Part shown: positions 60,228 to 64,000 of the stretch, piece after piece
How positions within the stretch are numbered: the stretch's first letter is position 1
Layout: each line of letters starts with the position of its first letter
Assembly (NCBI GenBank): GCA_965140445.1
Contig: OZ223236.1
Location: forward strand, 2,304,001-2,368,000
Direction of reading: 5' to 3'
Length of the DNA stretch: 64,000 nucleotides
DNA from: Candidatus Ozemobacteraceae bacterium
Lineage (GTDB): Bacteria; Muiribacteriota; Ozemobacteria; Ozemobacterales; Ozemobacteraceae
Position numbers and translations under genes: made by a program
Notes under the pieces: model-generated
Seen by the model: the letters and a program-made list of their open reading frames with translations, nothing else
Databases searched by the model: none
What the model was told of the DNA's origin: nothing

Positions 60228-61007
60228 ATGAAAAAAAGTAAAAAAACAAAGAACAATGCCAAAGACAGCAATATTAAGTTAAAAGCTAATAAAGTAAATG
60301 AATCTGTTGACCAAAATGAATTGGAAGTTGAATTTAAAAAAGAACTTTCAGAAGGTTCGGTTGCTGAAGAAGTTAAGCCTGATGAGGAAAATGCAAAGAT
60401 AGTCGAATCAGAAGAAACTACAGAAAAATCTTCTGATCCCAAGTCTGTTGTTCCCACTGAAAAGAGCCTGTTTAAAAGAGTTATTGACTCAATGATTGAG
60501 CGCCAGGTATTGCAAAAGTTTTTTACCTTGATTTTTGCATTGCTGGTTTTTGGCTATTTTTACTATTTTACTCCAAAGCATAGGCAGATTTTAACTTACA
60601 TGGGTACCATGCTGCTTATGGTTATGGTTTATGCTGAAATTTTAGTTATCCGGGATCATTTGTGGGTGATTGAGGGAAGCATGAGGGAAGCCAGACGATG
60701 GAGAGACATCTTTTTCAATGCAAAGAGCATAAAAAAGCAGCGCATTAGAAAGATGCTTGCAATGGTTTTCGCAATGGGAACTTTCTCCTATGTTTATATT
60801 AAGGCTTTGGGCAGCCCTATTTTTTCTTTTTTTGGCGTGATTTTAATGATTACCGTTTTGTATTATGAAATTTTGTCTATACGAGATGAGGTTCATTTAA
60901 TGTCCATGTCAATCCGTGCTCAAAAAATTGAAGATTTGAAACCAGAAAAAGAAAATTCTGGAAAATCAATTGATGAAGAAAATTCCCTGGACCAATTAGA
61001 CTCCTGA
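60228..61007 (+). CDS. Hypothetical membrane protein with duplicated two-helix module
   Basis: Acidic N-terminus; two copies of K..(T/A)(L/M)xFA..F.Y.Y...G..L....Y.EIL.IRD. Confidence 0.75.
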   Translation: MKKSKKTKNNAKDSNIKLKANKVNESVDQNELEVEFKKELSEGSVAEEVKPDEENAKIVESEETTEKSSDPKSVVPTEKSLFKRVIDSMIERQVLQKFFTLIFALLVFGYFYYFTPKHRQILTYMGTMLLMVMVYAEILVIRDHLWVIEGSMREARRWRDIFFNAKSIKKQRIRKMLAMVFAMGTFSYVYIKALGSPIFSFFGVILMITVLYYEILSIRDEVHLMSMSIRAQKIEDLKPEKENSGKSIDEENSLDQLDS

Positions 61008-61009
61008 TT

Positions 61010-61897
61010 ATGAAAAATAAATCTCTGGCAACTTTTTTTACTTTTTTACTTTTACAATTTGTTTTCAGCTCTAATATTGTTTTATTTGCTGAGCAGGTTG
61101 TATCAGCTGTCGGTTCTGTTTCTGTAAGATTGCCGGGAAACCCTGAATTTCAGCCAATGAAAAAAGGGGTTGAACTCTATGTTGGAACTCTTTTTAAAGG
61201 AAATGTTGATTTTGAGAATCAAGCCGTAGCTTCATCTGCAATAGAAGTTGGGAGCCATACGATTTCAATTTATCCTGGAGCTTTGCTTAAATATTCTCTT
61301 GGGAAATTTGTTCCATTAGTTGGCAGATTTTCGATTTCAGGAAAAAAACAAACTGAGAAAATAATTTTCCAGACCGACAAGTTTGTTATGGAGATGGGGC
61401 AGGGGGAAGTCTTGCTGGAAGTAACTAAACTTGGCGGAATCTACGTAGCTGTAAAACGTAATACCGATATTTTTATTAAAGAATTTAATCGGGTTGTTCA
61501 TGAGCCTACAGCTGGAACTGAATTATTTTTTCCAATGTTCGGTGAAGTTAAAACCAGTTCCAGAATTTCAAGCCGTTGGAGAGAAACTCCGGAAGGGTAT
61601 GCAAAGGTTGATGAATTACCAGAGTCTTCTTTAGAAAAATCAGAGAAGAAAAATAAAAAACTCGAAAAACCAGTTGATATAGACAATGGTTCGGGAACTG
61701 CTGAGCTCAAAGAAGATTCCGAAGACGAAAATTTAGACCTGGATATAGAAGAAGCTGATCCAGAAGTTCTTGAAGATTCTTTAATAGAACCAGAAGAACT
61801 CGAAGAGCTTAAAAATGCTTCTGACAGTTTAAAACAGCGGGCGTTGAGCGATTTTTCTACTCCAACTGTAAGCAATGAATTGAAAACTAAAGATTAA
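61010..61897 (+). CDS. Secreted hypothetical protein, FecR-like beta N-terminus and acidic tail
   Basis: Signal peptide, VSAVGSVSVR..G..L..G pattern, D/E-rich C-terminus. Confidence 0.6.
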   Translation: MKNKSLATFFTFLLLQFVFSSNIVLFAEQVVSAVGSVSVRLPGNPEFQPMKKGVELYVGTLFKGNVDFENQAVASSAIEVGSHTISIYPGALLKYSLGKFVPLVGRFSISGKKQTEKIIFQTDKFVMEMGQGEVLLEVTKLGGIYVAVKRNTDIFIKEFNRVVHEPTAGTELFFPMFGEVKTSSRISSRWRETPEGYAKVDELPESSLEKSEKKNKKLEKPVDIDNGSGTAELKEDSEDENLDLDIEEADPEVLEDSLIEPEELEELKNASDSLKQRALSDFSTPTVSNELKTKD

Positions 61898-61984
61898 ACA
61901 AGTTTCTAACTCCATCTTATTTTTCTTAATATCCCAATTTTTCCTGCCGATATTTTATATAGAAATCGTTTAGGAGAAAAGTGC

Positions 61985-62059
61985 ATGATCGCATTATTCT
62001 GGATACTCACAATGGTGTCTGTCGTCGTTCTTATCAAGGAGGCTAACGTAAATGGTTAA
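61985..62059 (+). CDS. Candidate 24-aa hydrophobic small protein
   Basis: SD AGGAG 8 nt upstream; MIALFWILTMVSVVVLIKEANVNG*. Confidence 0.5.
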   Translation: MIALFWILTMVSVVVLIKEANVNG

Positions 62060-62126
62060 GCGTCTGTTTATTTTTGGTCTGGTAACAATGTTTTGGAGTT
62101 TTGTTTTGACTGGCTGTATTGGCTAG
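62052..62126 (+). CDS. Candidate 24-aa lipoprotein-signal-like peptide ending in lipobox LTGC-IG
   Basis: SD AAGGAGG 9 nt upstream; MVKRLFIFGLVTMFWSFVLTGCIG*. Confidence 0.55.
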   Translation: MVKRLFIFGLVTMFWSFVLTGCIG

Positions 62127-62184
62127 CACGCCCAAAAGGCAATTAGGATAAAAAAATAAGATAAATTAAGAGAAAATCAGAAAT

Positions 62185-62213
62185 AAAAAAAGCTGCCTTT
62201 CGGCAGCTTTTTT
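62185..62213. terminator. Bidirectional terminator
   Basis: AAAAAAAGCTGCC-tttc-GGCAGCTTTTTT. Confidence 0.88.
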
Positions 62214-62229
62214 GTTTCAGATCAAATGG

Positions 62230-63723
62230 TTAATAACCTTTTCCTGAATCCTTTTCATTTTTAACGATGGATACGGAAGCACTGGCGCCAATTCTTGTTG
62301 CTCCAACCTGAATCATTCTTTGTGCAGTTTCGTTATCTCTGATCCCACCGCTGGCTTTAACACCCATGTGTGGTCCAACAACCGATCTCATTAAGCAGAT
62401 GTCTTCGAGTGTTGCTCCACCAGTGCTGAAACCAGTAGAAGTTTTTACAAAGTCAGCTCCTGCAAGTTTTGATAGTTCGCAAGCTTTAACTTTTTCTTCA
62501 TCATTTAACAATGAAGTTTCCAGAATTACTTTAACTGTATGACCATTCGCAGCTTCAACTACTCTGGCGATGTCATTTTTTACCGCTTCATAATCTTTTG
62601 ATTTCAAAGCTCCAACATTAATAACCATATCTATTTCGGAAGCTCCGTTAGCAATTGCATCTCTGGTTTCCATGGCTTTAGAGAAAGTTGAGGTTGCTCC
62701 TAGAGGGAAACCAACAACTGTGCAGACCATAACTGGTGAGCCTTCAAGGAGTTTTGCTGCAAGAGCAACATGCCCTGGATTAACGCAGACTGAAGCAAAA
62801 CTGTGTTTTCTTGCTTCTTGGCAAAGCTCTGTTACTTCAGCAACAGTAGCATTGGCTTTTAACAAAGTGTGATCAATAAATCTTGCTAATTCGGTGCCAG
62901 GGATTGGTGCATCGAGACCTTTTTCAATTCTTTCTGCCCCAGCTTCAATAACTTCTTTAACTTTGGAAGCGCAATTTGAAACACAGCTGCCATAAGACAT
63001 TGTGCAATTATCACTTGAAGCATTACAATCATTTTTTGCCATAGGCTTAAGCATTGGTGCTGGTTTTGCACTTGTTGCAGGCGTGGAGCAGGTTGTACAG
63101 GAAGCACATAAACCTGCGGCGCAATCAGTGCACTTGTGATTTGGGGTGATTTTCATGCTGTTGCATCTTTGGAATTCAACTCCCATGGATTCAAGCTCTC
63201 TGCGAAGAGAGTCGATCTTTTTAGCTACGCCAGCTGGAAAATATCTTGTTGCATCTATTATGGATTCATCTGTAACAACAATTTTTACACCTTCACCAAG
63301 TGCATGGCAAAAGACTCTGGTTGCATATGTGTCTGCAATTAAATTTGCAGCTTTTGAAAGTGTGTTTACTGATAAAGAAGGCACGATCAATTGTGAAACA
63401 CCTTCCAATGCTCTATGTGAAGGAACATTTTTTGAGTGAAGGAGGTTCATGCCTCCACCGATTTTTTCACAACCGTAGTTGTCATACAAATAGGAGGAAA
63501 CTATGAGTTTTCCGCTTGGTGGAACTATGCTTTTTACCTGTTCCAATACTTGATCAACAACTTTAAAATTGGCGGTAACCAAAACGGCTGTTGAACCAGT
63601 GGCTTTGGTTTGACTAAAATTTGTTTTAGCTGGTGGCGGGGTGTAAGAAGAACCGCGGTTGGCTGAATCAGATTTCAGTTTAATCATTACTTCACGTGCA
63701 ATTTGTTCTACGATAGAGTCCAT
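62230..63723 (-). CDS. deoC: Microcompartment-associated deoxyribose-phosphate aldolase fusion (encapsulation peptide + flavoprotein-like domain + Cys-rich linker + DeoC)
   Basis: C-terminal [51 protein letters not shown]; ~270-aa N-terminal extension. Confidence 0.9.
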   Translation of the reverse strand: MDSIVEQIAREVMIKLKSDSANRGSSYTPPPAKTNFSQTKATGSTAVLVTANFKVVDQVLEQVKSIVPPSGKLIVSSYLYDNYGCEKIGGGMNLLHSKNVPSHRALEGVSQLIVPSLSVNTLSKAANLIADTYATRVFCHALGEGVKIVVTDESIIDATRYFPAGVAKKIDSLRRELESMGVEFQRCNSMKITPNHKCTDCAAGLCASCTTCSTPATSAKPAPMLKPMAKNDCNASSDNCTMSYGSCVSNCASKVKEVIEAGAERIEKGLDAPIPGTELARFIDHTLLKANATVAEVTELCQEARKHSFASVCVNPGHVALAAKLLEGSPVMVCTVVGFPLGATSTFSKAMETRDAIANGASEIDMVINVGALKSKDYEAVKNDIARVVEAANGHTVKVILETSLLNDEEKVKACELSKLAGADFVKTSTGFSTGGATLEDICLMRSVVGPHMGVKASGGIRDNETAQRMIQVGATRIGASASVSIVKNEKDSGKGY

Positions 63724-63750
63724 TTAAGCAAGCCTCCTGCTCTGTAATAT

Positions 63751-64000
63751 TCAGGAATTTGATTTTTCATAAATTGTTTTGTCATTCATGGTTAAAGTGT
63801 CTACTATTGCTACTATGGCGGCGTCTGCAGGGGACTCTTTGGTTCCAAGCATGTCGTTAATTGAACCGCCTTCTTTATTTACTAATACAAACTCTCCGAT
63901 ATCAGTCCCCATGAAATCAACACAGAGCAGCTCTGCGCCTGTGTTTTTAAACTCCATGTTGATTGGTTGGACGAGAAGAAGTGGTCGTGAAGCAAAGGAA
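63751..64000 (-). CDS. EutN/CcmL-family microcompartment vertex (BMC-P) protein, 5' end outside window
   Basis: Frame open to window edge: SFASRPLLLVQPINM...CVDFMGTDIGEFVLV..EGGS....PADAAIVAIVD. Confidence 0.88.
   Translation of the reverse strand, partial: SFASRPLLLVQPINMEFKNTGAELLCVDFMGTDIGEFVLVNKEGGSINDMLGTKESPADAAIVAIVDTLTMNDKTIYEKSNS

Noticed and set aside
61981..62046. Alternative GTG-start peptide MHDRIILDTHNGVCRRSYQGG
   Set aside because: SD spacing is only 4 nt; the ATG 61985 frame has better spacing and couples to the next ORF

Overview
Low-GC bacterial chromosomal window from an anaerobe. Gene content is reminiscent of Ca. Riflebacteria, but that is my inference and is untested. 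It opens with the 3' half of an rRNA operon (tRNA-Ala, 23S, 5S). About 35 kb of mostly co-oriented accessory genes follow: a 2H phosphoesterase next to an ADP-ribosylglycohydrolase, CAT-like and Fos-like enzymes, IorAB, an atypical FabH, secreted PLD, PLC/P1-like, esterase and metalloprotease genes, TldDE, several GNATs, a hybrid kinase and an HDAC. Next come a second TldDE pair, a queL-yhhQ queuine salvage pair and an [FeFe]-hydrogenase operon (HfsA-like 2Fe-2S protein, a phosphatase-less HfsC-like fragment, a GltD-like subunit, HydA). A long minus-strand run then carries ppdK, an enlarged nusB, an MCP-PilZ fusion, a PilB/GspE ATPase and lipS1-lipS2. The window ends at the edge of a bacterial microcompartment locus with an unusual multi-domain DeoC fusion. 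The most notable items not explained by the ORF track are a pair of 24-aa membrane or lipopeptide ORFs at ~62 kb, a 37-aa helical module shared by two unrelated secreted proteins, a small basic ORF with a strong SD but no AUG at ~38.2 kb, and a possible RNA switch upstream of the ABM gene. No CRISPR array, transposase or integrase was seen.
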